NCBI GenBank assembly: GCA_030770535.1
Contig: JASVEC010000014.1
Span: forward strand, 496,001-560,000
Reading direction: 5' to 3'
DNA length: 64,000 bases
Origin: Batkoa obscura
Taxonomy: Eukaryota
Position 1 is the first letter of the stretch. Each line of letters starts with the position of its first letter. Below the pieces are notes generated by a model. It made no database searches and was not told where the DNA came from. It saw only the letters and a program-made list of their open reading frames with translations. Below are positions 1 to 13,164 of this stretch, one piece after another. A program made the position numbers and the translations under genes.

Positions 1-1
1 T

Positions 2-118
2 AAAGAGAAATTGGACAGAAATGTAAAGCAACAAATCGTTCAAGGGATGATTACTCATGAGTTAAATCAAATTGAAGAAAAACAAAGAATCTCAAAATTG
101 TTTAGAAAACTGAAATAA
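2..118 (+). CDS. 3' end of an unidentified gene entering the window
   Basis: Open frame KEKLDRNVKQQIVQGMITHELNQIEEKQRISKLFRKLK* followed by very AT-rich DNA; family not recognised. Confidence 0.45.
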   Translation, partial: KEKLDRNVKQQIVQGMITHELNQIEEKQRISKLFRKLK

Positions 119-1396
119 ATAATATTGTATATATTAATTAATTAACTAATTTTTGATATTAAAGTTCTAATTGGCGATTGTGTTTTTATATTAATTGAGT
201 TAAGGTCTAGTATTAAAATTTTAATTAAGTTAGTATAATGGATAACTATTTATATGTATTATAATTATGAAAGCCTAGTAAGTTGATATCAAAAGTAAAT
301 AGATAGTATTGATATATTTTAATTAAACATTATTGTTTAAAATTTTAGAATATTTAATTTTAATAATAATAAAGTTAGATATTATAATAAAAAAATCCTT
401 CAAACTTCTAATATTCTTTAATAATATATAGTTTAGATGATGCTTACTAAAAAGTATCTTGATAAGAAAGAAAAATGGCTATAAGGGATTAAAGGAATAT
501 GAGATATAGATAATCACTAATATAAATCGACCTAGATTTTATATATTAAAAGTTCTTTTCTTTAACTTTAGAAATTTAAAATAGTTAAGAAAATTCTGAA
601 CTGATTTAATTTAACTTTCTACTCAGAAAAAAAGTAAAAATAAAGAATATTACTAAATCTAACACTTGAGCTTATTTTAGTAAGGATCTTATGCGTTCCA
701 AACTTATTCTTTACTATATTAAATTGGAATTTATCAAGGAATTTTATAAATTAATAGAAACCTTGTTCTAAAAAAATTCAATGATATTAAAATCTTATTA
801 ATGATTTCATATGGCTATTTCATAACACGTAGCTCGGTATATTTACAAATAATTTGTTTTTTGTATAAACGTAACATAATTATATCAAAATCATATTTAA
901 TCAAAATCAATTTTTTAATATTTACATCATCTACATTTTGGTTTCGAAAAGGCAATGATTTCAATTTGTATAGCGACGAATAGTGATGAAGAATTAAAAT
1001 AAAATGCGTTGTTCAAAGCCAATCAATGCAATATCAACAAAGTTATCCCAACAAAAATAGCATAGTAGGTCAATATGAGGAAGAAAACAATAGATTAAAG
1101 CCTAATAAATACAAGATAAAATTTATGTAAAATAAAATAAGCTATTCTTTAATTTGAAACATTCAAATAAAATATCATATCTAAATATACCCTTTTCCTT
1201 ACTAACCGATAATAAATAACCCCAATCTTCTTCAATGATATTCTGATATTACCCACTTTTTATTATATAAATGAGTTAGCTTCCAAATTTAGATAATATT
1301 CTAAAGTCCTGTTATTAAAACTATATATAAACTCAAGTTTGACTTTTCAAAGATTCTCTAGATTTTTCATTCTTTTTTAACTAATTTATAAAAAAA

Positions 1397-2887
1397 ATGT
1401 TAGACGAATACACTTGGTTGTTTGCTTTAAGTATCATTGTAGCATTTATTGATGGCTATGGTATTGGTGCTAATGATGTATCTAATTCCTTTTCCACTTC
1501 CGTAGGTTCAAAATCAATCACTTTAGGACAAGCTTGCTTTATCGCCATTTTCACAGAGTTTTTAGGTGCTTTTTTATTAGGTGCTAATACTGCTTCCACC
1601 ATCAGCGGAAGTATCATTGATATGTCTAAGTTTATAGATAATCCAGGACTTTTAATGTTAGCTATGTTCTGTGCTTTAATTGGATCTTCTACATGGACCT
1701 TGATAGCCACTAGATTAGGTTGGCCAGTATCCACTTCTCATGCTATTGTTGGTGCCACCATTGGGGTTGGTATTGCAGGCTATGGACCAAGTAATGTCAA
1801 ATGGGGATATAATGGAGTAGCTAAAATTGTTACCTCTTGGTTTGTTTCTCCAATTACTGCTGGTATCGTTGCTAGTATTATTTTTCTTATAACCAAGCAT
1901 GCTATTCTCAAACATGAAAACTCATTTGAACGTGGTTTAAAAGCTATCCCTATTTATTTTGGTCTTACTGCTGCTATCAATTTATTTTATATTTTATTTA
2001 AAGATACAAAAGAACCAGGAGATATTGGTATTGGTGCTTTGGTAGGTATTGTAATTGCTTGTTCAATAGTAGTTGCCCTATTCTGTTGGTTTTTTGTTGC
2101 ACAGTGGTTACGTCGTAGCTTAAAAGGGGATGAATACTTAAGATGGTATCATATTTTTGTGATTCCATTTTTAAAAACTCAACCTAAAAAGGCCGATATG
2201 ATTCAACCTGAAGCTGCTAAAGAAGAAGAAGATACAACATTAGAGACCAAAGAATCCTTTATTGCAAAAGTCAAAAAAGTGCTTTTGAGTGGTATTAATC
2301 ATGATGTACATAAAATCGACTCTGAACATATAGCTAATGTCCATCAAGCAGCTGAAAGATATGATAATGATACTGAGTATATGTATTCCTTTTTACAAGT
2401 TGTAACCGCTTGTATGGCTTCATTTGCTCATGGATCCAATGATGTAGCTAACGCTGTTGGTCCTTTATCAGTAATTTATAGTATTTGGAGTTCTGGCATA
2501 GTATCACCTAACAATATTGAAGTACCAGTATGGGTGTTAGCCTTTGGTGGCATTGCTATTGACATTGGTCTTTGCACCTATGGCTATAATATCATGAAGA
2601 CTTTGGGAAATAAGATCACTTATATTACTCCATCAAGAGGATTTTCAATGGAATTAGGTACATCGTTAACAGTTGTAACAGCTTCAAAACTTGGATTACC
2701 AATTTCAACTACTCATTGTATTACTGGTGCTACAGCAGCTGTTGGCTTATGTAATGGCAATTCATCTTCTCTTAATTGGAGGATGTTAGGATGGTGCTTT
2801 TTCTCTTGGGTTTTAACTTTACCCTTTGCTGGCTTGACAGCTGGAATCTTTTTCTATGTTCTTTCTCATGCACCAAAATTTAGTTAG
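1397..2887 (+). CDS. PHO89: PiT-family Na+/phosphate symporter (Pho89-like)
   Basis: Intronless 496 aa; GIGANDVSNSF and HGSNDVANAVGP PiT signatures; PVSTSH and PISTTH motifs; many TM helices. Confidence 0.95.
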   Translation: MLDEYTWLFALSIIVAFIDGYGIGANDVSNSFSTSVGSKSITLGQACFIAIFTEFLGAFLLGANTASTISGSIIDMSKFIDNPGLLMLAMFCALIGSSTWTLIATRLGWPVSTSHAIVGATIGVGIAGYGPSNVKWGYNGVAKIVTSWFVSPITAGIVASIIFLITKHAILKHENSFERGLKAIPIYFGLTAAINLFYILFKDTKEPGDIGIGALVGIVIACSIVVALFCWFFVAQWLRRSLKGDEYLRWYHIFVIPFLKTQPKKADMIQPEAAKEEEDTTLETKESFIAKVKKVLLSGINHDVHKIDSEHIANVHQAAERYDNDTEYMYSFLQVVTACMASFAHGSNDVANAVGPLSVIYSIWSSGIVSPNNIEVPVWVLAFGGIAIDIGLCTYGYNIMKTLGNKITYITPSRGFSMELGTSLTVVTASKLGLPISTTHCITGATAAVGLCNGNSSSLNWRMLGWCFFSWVLTLPFAGLTAGIFFYVLSHAPKFS

Positions 2888-3799
2888 ATTATTTATGGTT
2901 TATCTTGGTTGATTAAGCTGTTTTGAAAAGTATGTTGTTAATTTTAAATATATATTATGTGAAATCATTATTAATTACATTTCTTTTTTAAATTAACTTA
3001 TGACTATGATACTAATGTAATTATATAGCGTACATATGGTATTATGGTAATTATGAAGTTTTTTGTCGATAGCAATTTTATATTTTATGACAGCTTAGAG
3101 TTAGTTTTTCATTTAAATTTTGTATACCTATTAAATACATCTTTAAGTGTTACAAGGTTTAATTCTATTAAGATAAATATATTTAACATTATCCCAATTG
3201 ATAACTTGGAAATTGTTTTGAAGTTTCTTAGGCTAAAGGTAGAATTAAAGTATTTATCAATAGAATAGAGAAACAAGAGATGAAAGGGAAAAAGTGGAGA
3301 CTGGGATGTCTCAACACAGAATTAATAATAATAATGAAAAAGTGTTTTTAAATATGACCTTTCGAAATAAAGGTATAGGCCTAAAGAAAGGTTTTTTGAA
3401 TTGTAGTTAAGAAAGAGTTATGTATAAACAAAGTAGTTGTATCTTAAAAAGGGAAAAAAATGAGATAATAAATTTTAAAGTTAACATTAGGTGGGAGTAC
3501 CATCAACGTAGAAGATATAGTAGTGAAATAACATTAGTTAAAGTTAATTATATTTAATAAAATAGATGTAGTTTATTGATTTATAAGTGATTTTAATTTG
3601 TGTCAATATGGGTTGTTTCAGTACGTTACTTTATGTACTTGTGCCCTTTTTTAAAAGTTAGAAGTTAAAATTAAATGCATTTAAATATATATAATAAATA
3701 CATACTTTACCATTAATTTTGTTGATTTTTTATTAAATTGAATATACCAAAACAATGTATATGATTAATAAAAAGCAAAAAGTAAACTTAGTCACTTTG

Positions 3800-4850
3800 A
3801 AGGATGAATTGTCTAAACAATTTTAGTTAAATTCAAGCTATGAATTAAAAATGATTTGCCACTACACATAAGGGTACCATTTATATCAGCCTGAAAGTAG
3901 GGAGAGTCCTTATTCCCTTTTTTTTGTAGTTTTACTGGTAGTGTCGTAAGCTTCGCTACAAGAATTTTTACCAATTTTTAAACAAGTAGTGTAATGGAGG
4001 TATAAACAGTTTCTGAGTAAGTGATAATAGTTAAAAACCTAGTAGAAAGCGTATAGTTTCTATATACGAACCTATCAAATGAGCCCTTAACTAGATTGTT
4101 TTCTTTTTACATGTTGTAGCATCACTATTTTCAGATACTGTACAAGTTATATTAGTGATAAATTTGAAAGGCTCCCCTTTAAAAGTGCATGAATATTCAT
4201 ATCCTTCTTTTAGTTTTCCTGGTACTAGTTAGTTTCTCGAAATCTTCAGCTGTACAATCTAAAGAATCATTTTTTATTGAAGATGGTTTTCCACCTACTA
4301 AACTTAAAACTACAATTGATATTTATAAAGATAGTATAAAGGCTTTTAACTTTTAAAAATATCAAAACATTCAATATGAACGTACTGTTATTATTATTCA
4401 CATTTAATAATTCCTCCCTTTTGGAACTTAGGGTCTTTGTTAAATACTTGGAAGAGACTTTATTATTTTATATGTAGAATAACAGTTCATCTTTATTATT
4501 TCTCTTAATGATCTCCAAAATAATTAATATAATTTTAATCAAGTTTATGTGGGTTAGTTTAAAAACTTGGTTCAATTTTTATTGAGTTTAGATTTTTAGT
4601 AAAAATTGGGAATTGAATATAAGGAGGTGCCATAAAATTGGTTGCTTTTTGTTATGAGAACGTTTTTTTGGCCAATATTTTATTTATAAAATTTAAAATT
4701 TACGCTACAGAAAATGGACAAAAATATAAAATGTGAAATCTTTCTAATTAACTAAGCTTTTTAAACTTATCTATATTTAATATTTCTTATGAAATAAGGT
4801 CTAAAAGTAGTTTATCCTATATGTAAAGGCTCTAGATATGATTTTGAAAA
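3800..4850 (-). pseudogene. Degenerate copy 1 of a locally duplicated unknown gene plus upstream DNA
   Basis: Aligns by eye with 5640-6540: shared blocks aaattcaagctat, aagcgtata..ttcta, tactgtacaa.ttatattagtgata, ttattcacattt...ttttggaactta, tttatcct.tatgtaaa..tctagatat. No intact ORF. Confidence 0.55.
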
Positions 4851-5639
4851 CTGTGTAATATAAAGTCTTTTATTTTATAAATTGAATCTATAGTATTATT
4901 TTAACTTTTATATATCATGTAGTTTTTATCACACATTTTAAATTTGTTCCGCAATATGAATATTTAGTAGCTAATTGAGTTTTTCAATGTTTTGGAAAAA
5001 CTTTTGAGCAAACCATACCTTTGGGCATTTGTAATACTAGCTGGTCTTTTAGCGATATATTCTTACTCATTGAAACTATTACTAACTGAATTAAATGTGA
5101 ATTGGATATTTCTAATTTTCTACTTGCTGGCTAAGACTGCTTTTTGTAAAATAACAACCATCTTTAGATTTAAGTTATTTTCATTAATTATTTACCTCCT
5201 TATCATTTCCTTACTACACTTCAAACATTTCTTCACAAGTCATTTGTGAGTTTTTCAACTTTTTCATTACTATTTAAAATAGCTTTTAGATAAACATTAA
5301 TATACTTAAGTTATTCAGTACACAAATATATAATGATGATAATTTATAAGCAATTTAAGAACAACCTTTGATGATGCGGAAAGAGATTTATTGTGACTAT
5401 GTTTAAATAAAAGGAACAGAGTGGATTAATTTATAAATAACAATAATATAAACTAATATACAGCTGCTTTAGCGATTTTGTATTTACTCTCTAGACTTTG
5501 GTGCTAGACAAAGTCATGCTTATGTAACATATATATATCTACTATCAGTTTTATTGTTTTACTTCTTACTAAACTAGGCAGATCAAAATAACATATATGA
5601 TCAATAAAAAATAGAAAGATAACTTAATCATTTGAAAGG

Positions 5640-6540
5640 ATGAGCTATCTGGGTAATTTTAATAAATTCAAGCTATAAAAATAAATCAAATGTACCTTTG
5701 TACATGAGGATATACTGCCTATCTTTCTGATAGTAAAACGGATCTCTGTTCCCTTTTTTCATAATATTTTCAAAGTTTTTGGTACCTTCATAAAAGGATT
5801 TTATCTTTACTGAAACATCTGACATAGTCTAGGTCAAAACAATCTTCTGCATTGACGATAGGATCTATAAATCGAACGTTAAGCGTATATTTTCTACATA
5901 TGAGCTCATCAAATGGATTTCTAACTAAGCTATTTCCTCTCTACACCTTATAGCATCATTATCTTCAGGTACTGTACAAATTATATTAGTGATAGTTTGG
6001 ATTCGATCATGTAATTTATATGAACATTTATACCCTTCTTTTAGCATTTTTCTGGTACTGATTGGTTTACTAAAACCTTCAATTATACATGTGTGATATG
6101 ATATAATAGTTGATTTTCAGCTATTAAATTTGAAACTACAGTTGTCATTATTAGTAGATATATAGTGATATTTGAATTCTTTTTGAATATGTTTAAAGGA
6201 AATATTAAAAGCTTTTATATTACGTTTCATCGTTATTAGAAGCTAAACTATTACCCAGTTGTATAAGGTGTTCTTAATAGGTTACTAATTTATATAAATA
6301 GAGAAATAAAAGTACAATATGTTATTAAAATACTTCACCTCGATGGGGTGTGTTTCATTATTCACATTTGACGCTTCTTTCGTTTTGGAACTTAATATTC
6401 TTGTTTACTGTCCAAAAGAGAAATTGTCATTGATTTTTACTTGAATAAGTTGATTTAAATTGAGTTTATATTTTAAAAACTTTTTGAACTAAAAAAGTTT
6501 CGTAGTAATTTATCCTTTATGTAAAAGGTTCTAGATATCT
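5640..6540 (-). pseudogene. Degenerate copy 2 of the same duplicated unknown gene
   Basis: Minus-strand remnants CIIEGFSKPISTRKMLKEGYKCSYKLHDRIQTITNIICTVPEDNDAIRC and NPFDELICRKYTLNVRFIDPIVNAEDCFDLDYVRC, broken by stops and frameshifts. Confidence 0.55.
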
Positions 6541-6857
6541 TTAGTTTTTTTTTCTATTTTTTTTATTTCAAAATACTTGAGGGGGCTTTTGAGCACTCAA
6601 ACTTGTTCTAAATGGAAATTCAAAAGTACTTAAGTCAATATTTTTGTGAAGAAATGAATGAACAGCAACATCTAAACCTTATACCTTTACAATCTTTTTA
6701 GTCTTGAAAATACCAAAATGTCTAAGTGTTTTATTAGTGGAAGGAGATCTACAGGGTGGAACAAAAACTTGAAGGAAGTACAAAAGATAATTAATAAAAG
6801 ATTACGTTTGAGCTACAAGTTCAAAGATTTCGCTATCTCTTTTGAAAGAGGAGAGAG

Positions 6858-6965
6858 TATATGGGGATATATTTTTTGTATTTGATAATTTTACTACAAC
6901 CTTTCCACTCAAATAGCACTTAAGAAATGGAAAAATAACGAAATAAAAAAAAACATCCCCATATA
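6858..6965 (+). mobile_element. ~105-bp MITE-like element, copy A
   Basis: TATATGGGGAT...ATCCCCATATA terminal inverted repeats; core CCACTCAAATAGCACTTAAGAAATGGAAAA shared with 8 other loci. Confidence 0.85.
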
Positions 6966-7224
6966 TTAAAAAGTTCTAATTTAAATATGCTTTTTTAAGA
7001 AAAAAGACAGCTTATACTGTCTAGAGGTTTAAGAGATTGTATGAAGAGATGTTAGTCTTGCAATTTTTACTATATGGGTATGCCTTTCTTGTTTAAGAGT
7101 TGTATTAAAAAACATTTCTGTATAATAGCCCTTAAAAAATCATAATTATATGAAACTAAAAAGATACCTCTATATATTATAATTCTTGCAAAATGAATTT
7201 GATTTACTAAAGATTACTCAAGTT

Positions 7225-7318
7225 TATTTGAGAATATTTTTTAAAATTTACTAATTTATTACTCAAATAGTGCTTGAAAAATGAAAAAGTAATGAAATCA
7301 AAAAAAACACTCTCATTT
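7225..7318 (+). mobile_element. MITE-like element, copy B (degenerate)
   Basis: Core ACTCAAATAGTGCTTGAAAAATGAAAAAGTAATGAAATCAAAAAAAACA; termini eroded to TGAGAAT...CACTCTCA. Confidence 0.75.
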
Positions 7319-7927
7319 TGTAAAATTATGTTTAATTTTTTTTACCAATTTCAAAAATGTAAATTTTTAATTGAGACTTGGAATTCCTTAAATGCTAAAA
7401 ATAAAAATAAAAACGAAGCTTTAACTACACCACTTAATATTTTTTGGATGATTCGCATTTTCATAAAATTTTATGTAGACAATGATTAAAATTAATTGAA
7501 ATTAGATATATAAATAGTTATTTAAGATTCAATTAGGTTAATATTAAGGTCATACATCTTTAAAAATATTGCACTAGGTAAAAGAAAATATTATATTATA
7601 AAGTTTTTGGCTAGTATACGCAAATTAATTAACTTTCAGTATAAAACTTCAAGAATTTATTTGATTCCAATTCATACTTAGCCAATTAAAAGATAGAGAG
7701 GAGTTCATCAACAATTGTTTCTAATTAAATTGGGAAGCCAAAAAATAATTGGCTAAAAGTGATATTTTTTCGAGAATTTTAAATTCTTACGCGCGCTTTT
7801 ATCCGGATTACATTGTCAAAGAAAAAATAAATTTAATTTGCACAAACAAAACAATCATATCTTTACTTATTAAATGTAACACACTTTCTAAAGATTATTA
7901 AAAATTTAATATTTTTTTATAGAAAAA

Positions 7928-9694
7928 ATGATAAATTCTGTTAGATTAGGAAGCGCATCTGGTTTAAAAAAATTAAATTATAGAGGCGTAGCTAATATTC
8001 TTATTAAAGCTAATGGCTTATCTTATAAAACTAGTATTTCTGCTAACACTAAAATCACAAAGTAATTCCATTTTCTAAAAGTCGGCATTAATTAACATTT
8101 TTGTAGCCTTTCTTTAAAACATTATAAACTTTCTCATCGTAATTATGGTATAGTTTTACAAATAGACTTAATCAGTTTTTTACTTAACCTTGGATTTTAT
8201 TTTAGCCGACAAAGTTGTTGTTGTACCACAAATCGCTGATTCCATCAACGAAGGAACTCTAAAAAGCTGGTCAAAACGTAAGTAAAACTATTTGTATTAA
8301 ATTTTATTTTTAAAGATACTTATATATTAAACAGAGGTTGGTGAGTATGTTGAACAAGATGAGGAAGTTGCTACTATTGAAACTGATAAAGTTGATGTAC
8401 CAGTTAATGCACCAGTAGCTGGAACTATTTTAGAACATTTTGCTAAAGAAGAAGATACTATCCAAGTTGGACAAGATCTTTTCAAAATTTCTGAAGGTGG
8501 TGAAAAACCAGAATCTTGTAAGATTATTTTGAATTATTTTATTTATTCTACAATAATTTTCTTTAGCTAAGCCAAAAGAAACTTCTGAAAGCAAAGAAAA
8601 GCCTCAAGAATCTAAAGAAGAGGTAAAAGAAGAAGTCAAAGAAGTCAAAGAGGAAGCAAAGAAAGAATCAAAACCTGAACCAAAGAAAGAATCTAAGCCA
8701 GCTCCTCAACCTAAGAGTACTTTTATATACTTATGATTTTTATAATATTATACTAACTTATTGATAGGTGCTCCAAAAGAAGCTGTTTCCACTAAAGCTT
8801 CATCATTCGTTAGCGGTAACCCACATGAACAAATTGGAAATCGTACTGAAAACAGAGTAAGTAAAGAAATAATCCAATCTCCGTCTTTTTTTACGATTAT
8901 AATAGGTAAAAATGAACCGTATGCGTCTCAGAATTGCTGAAAGACTTAAGGAGTCTCAAAATACCGCAGCTTCTTTAACTACCTTCAATGAAGTTGACAT
9001 GAGGTAAGCAAGATTTTGATCTTAGGAATGTTATCTTTACCATTTTAGTGCTCTCATGGAACTCCGTAACACTTATAAAGATAAATTTGTCGAAAAACAT
9101 GGTGTTAAGCTTGGTTTCATGTCAGCTTTTGCTAAAGCAAGTGCTATTGCTTTACAAGAAATCCCAGCTGTTAATGCTTCCATTGAAGGCCCAAATGGAG
9201 GCGACACTATCATATACCGTGATTACGTTGATATCTCAGTTGCCGTATCTACCCCCAAAGGTCTTGTTACCCCAGTTGTTCGCAATGTCCAAAACATGGA
9301 CTTTTTAGGCATTGAAAGCACCATTGCCCAACTTGGTGCTAAGGTATTTTAATTCAACTTTTTATTCATTATGTTTATGTCTATGTTTTAGGCCCGTGAT
9401 AACAAAATCACTTTAGAAGATCTTACTGGTGGTACATTTACTATATCTAATGGTGGAGTCTTTGGATCTATGATGGGTACTCCAATTATTAATATGCCAC
9501 AAACTGCTATCTTAGGTATGCATGCCATTAAGGAAAGGCCTGTAGCTATCAAAGGCAAAGTAGAAATCCGTCCTATGATGTACCTCGCACTTACTTATGA
9601 TCATCGTCTTGTTGATGGTAGAGAAGCAGTCACCTTTTTAGTCCGAGTTAAAGAAATCTTAGAAGATCCTCGTCGTTTACTTTTAGGCTTATAG
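7928..9694 (+). CDS. KGD2: Dihydrolipoamide succinyltransferase (E2 of 2-oxoglutarate dehydrogenase), multi-exon
   Basis: Mitochondrial-type N-terminus; lipoyl domain [27 protein letters not shown]; catalytic [13 protein letters not shown]. Confidence 0.96.
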
Positions 9695-10207
9695 ATAATT
9701 TCATCTTGAATCCATTAAGTTAATTTGAGGCTTAACGTTTTATAACGGGTAATTAAAATTCAATTTCAAATTGTATAATACAGTATGAGATGAGATAGTT
9801 TTATCCATTTCATTTTTATATTGAATGGTATTTATATTTTCATGTGAAGGTTGTCTATTATTTTGGGTATCATTTTTTGTAATATTCGAGATCATTAGTA
9901 TAAATTATTTCAACAAAATTGTTTATGTTGCTACCTTAAACTTTGTAGCATCAACTTTTTTAATAGCATATACAGGCTCACTTATTTATTTAAAGACTTA
10001 TTTGGATATTTATTTTATCAGCTTTAAGCCACAAGACCAAATATAAATTGTTATACATTATTAAATTTTTTTAAAGATTTTATTTAAACTAATATAGTAT
10101 CCAGTCAATCATTTAAATTATTAATCAGTCAAAAAGCCAAGTATACGATAAAATTTGAAAAATAAAATAATGTTTAATTCTAAATTTGTAAATCTCTCAT
10201 TAATGAT

Positions 10208-10312
10208 TATATGGGGATGTTTTTGATTTCATTACTTTTTCCATTTTTTAAGCGCTATTCGAGTGGAAAAATTGTCAGTAAAATTCTCAAACAAAAAATA
10301 CATTCTCATATA
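10208..10312 (-). mobile_element. MITE-like element, copy C
   Basis: TATATGGGGATG...CATTCTCATATA; reverse-complement core TTAAGCGCTATTCGAGTGGAAA. Confidence 0.85.
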
Positions 10313-10623
10313 TATTATGTGATTTTAAAGAATAAAAAGATAAATAGCTGAATTCATATTAAAATCATAAACCTATAAATTGTTCGAACAAAATAGCATT
10401 TAGTTATAATACAAGTTCCGTCTGCATGTGAATATATATTTATAGCAGTTAATTTAAACACTTTACTTTTTAGTGTTTATTGATCTCAAGAACTGTTGTA
10501 TTACAGCCTATGAAAGAAGGTAAAGATACACAGAAGACATGATCAAACAAATCAGGTTAGTTATAAAATCAAAAGAAAGGTCAAAAGATAAAGATAAAAT
10601 ATAAAACTTCCTTAATCGTTGTT

Positions 10624-11910
10624 TCATTCTGTTAAAATCTCTACACCATCGTTAGTAATAAGAACAGTATGCTCAAATTGGGCAGACCTTGAACCATCTT
10701 CTGTAACAATAGTCCAGCCATCTGGCCACATCTTTCCAATTGGAGAGCCTTGGGATACTATTGGTTCAATAGTAAACGTCATACCAGATTGCATAATTCC
10801 TTCTTCTTGGTTTTCTGTTAGAGTATTAAAATATGAAATTAAACCATTAAAATAATAATACCATGATGGAAGATTAGTGGTAACTCATGAAAATGAGCTC
10901 CGATTCCGTGCCCTGTTAATTCGTCAGAAACAGAAAATCCATTATCTTTAACGATTTCACTACAAAATAAATAATTTTTCACGAATAATATGTTAAGATT
11001 ACCTTATGACTTTGCCAATCTTCTTAAATTCTACCCCTGGTCCACAGATAGATATAGCTTTCTCCATGGCTTTTTTTGTAACACTAACTAATTTTTTTCC
11101 AGCATCATCCACGTCACCAACCATGAACGTAGCTGAAGTATCACCATGCACACCGTTTAAATAAACCTTTTAAATTTAATAACAGCACTTAAATCTAACT
11201 AATGACTTACTGTAACATCGATGTTTATAATATCCCCATTTTTTAATGGCCGACTAATAAAACAGATTGATTTTTTTAAATCAATATTTTTATATTATAT
11301 TATATTACCTATCTGGTATTCCATGACAAATAACATTATTAATTGAAGTGCAGATAGATTTTGGAAATCCCATATAATTCAAAGTTGAAGGATAAGCGTT
11401 ATTTTCTAATATAGCTTTCCTTAATGCGTCATCTATTTCTAAAGTAGTTACACCTTCCTTTTAAAATGATTTAAACCGTTTTATTTTAGAAAAGAAGCGG
11501 GTTACCTTGCACATACTACCACCTAAATGTAACATCTTTTTAGCTAATTTACAAGCTTTTCTCATCTTTTCAATCAACTCTTCATCTTTAATACCAATGA
11601 CTTTTGACCATTCCTTTGGTTGTTTTGAATAAGCATAAGGTGGTTTGGCAATATTTTTTGGTATAATTTCATCAATATTTATACTTTCTACACCTAGAGA
11701 TAATTTGGTTGGTACAATTAATGGATATTTTCCATACTGGTTTAAGTTAAGATAATCCAACTCTTCAAGTACTGTTTTTCGTTTATCTCTTGGTAGTAAT
11801 GTTTTTAAATTTTGAGTGAAGTTTGCTTTAGTGATTTTATTGTTATTAAGTTGTAACAACACTTTATTAATCAATGTGTTATTGATTCTTTTTGCTGATA
11901 ACTTTATCAT
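10624..11910 (-). CDS. Type I methionine aminopeptidase, probably mitochondrial (MetAP1D-like), multi-exon
   Basis: [60 protein letters not shown] motifs; basic presequence-like N-terminus with no zinc finger. Confidence 0.92.
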
Positions 11911-12097
11911 TTTAAAAAAGCGACTATTTTTTATTGAATATTAAAAATTATAAACTGTTAACTTGTAATTTGAATTGAAAAGTTAAACCGGAAATATTAA
12001 AAACTTTAAAATTCATAAATATTTATATATTTGAAAATATTATTCAAAATGCAGTAAAATATATATTAACTCATCAATTATTCTGGTTTATTAGAAC

Positions 12098-12463
12098 TTA
12101 AGCATCAGCAATGGTGACTTCAACTTCGACTCCAGGTTCAATGGAGATGGAGGTGATTTGCTTAACAATCTCAGATGGAGAGTGGAGATCGACAAGACGT
12201 TTGTGGATACGCATTTCATAACGATCCCAGGTCTTGGAACCCTCACCATTAGGAGTCTTACGAGTAGTGATCTTTAAGACTTTGGTTGGGAGACGAACTG
12301 GACCCTTAACTTTAAGTTGCTTATCTTTGGCACGGTTGATAAGATCAGAGCAAACTTTTTCAAGAGCTTGAACATTACGGGAAGTAAGAGTGATACGGAT
12401 CTTGTGTACCTTAGCAGATACTTTTTCTTCTAATCCAGGTTTTCCTTTAGCGACGTAAGCCAT
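12098..12463 (-). CDS. RPS20: 40S ribosomal protein S20 (uS10)
   Basis: [11 protein letters not shown]...[40 protein letters not shown]; intronless. Confidence 0.99.
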   Translation of the reverse strand: MAYVAKGKPGLEEKVSAKVHKIRITLTSRNVQALEKVCSDLINRAKDKQLKVKGPVRLPTKVLKITTRKTPNGEGSKTWDRYEMRIHKRLVDLHSPSEIVKQITSISIEPGVEVEVTIADA

Positions 12464-13057
12464 TTTTATACTTTAATAGAACTATTTATTCGGCACAATG
12501 GCACAGAGGTGACTAAATAATCTTTTTAAAAAGAGTTGAGTTCGATATCCACGGTAAAAATTTTAAAATGAAAATTTTTTCAATTTTTTTAACCAATAAT
12601 TTAGCTTAAATACAATGGGAGTTTTAAATTTTTCAGCTTCAAATTTCAAAAAAAAAGTCAAAATAGTATTGAAAATGATTTATATTGAACTTTATAGCAC
12701 TAAATTACTTAACTTATTATAATAATAAAGCTATTTCAATATTCATACTTTAGCGTTGTTTTTTTTGAATTTTTGAACCTTTATATGTGTACATTTTGTA
12801 ATTCTAAGTGATTATTTTAATTATGATTCCCTTTTAGAAATTTATGTCTAATTTGATTTAAATATGAAAATGCCTAACTTCAAAGAATGGCTCATATAAC
12901 AAGCTCTAGTTAACGTTGTTATTTACTGATGATTTATCGCTTTATACTATTAAGATATTTTTAGTTACTTCTATGTTCTAAAAGATAGTTATTAAAGTTA
13001 ATTGGCATATTAAGATAATAGTCTAAAACCTAACCTGTATTTGAAATATAAATTCGT

Positions 13058-13164
13058 TATATGGGGATGGATTTTTTTGTTTAAGAATTTTACTACAGCC
13101 TTTCCACTCAAATAGTGCTTAAAAAATGGAAAAATAATGAAACCAAAAAAAACAGCCCCATATA
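13058..13164 (+). mobile_element. MITE-like element, copy D
   Basis: TATATGGGGATG...CAGCCCCATATA with the full core. Confidence 0.88.

Noticed and set aside
4975..5270. ORF 4992-5249 and a stop-riddled minus-strand stretch vaguely like a transposase HTH
   Set aside because: No recognisable motif; too degraded to call.
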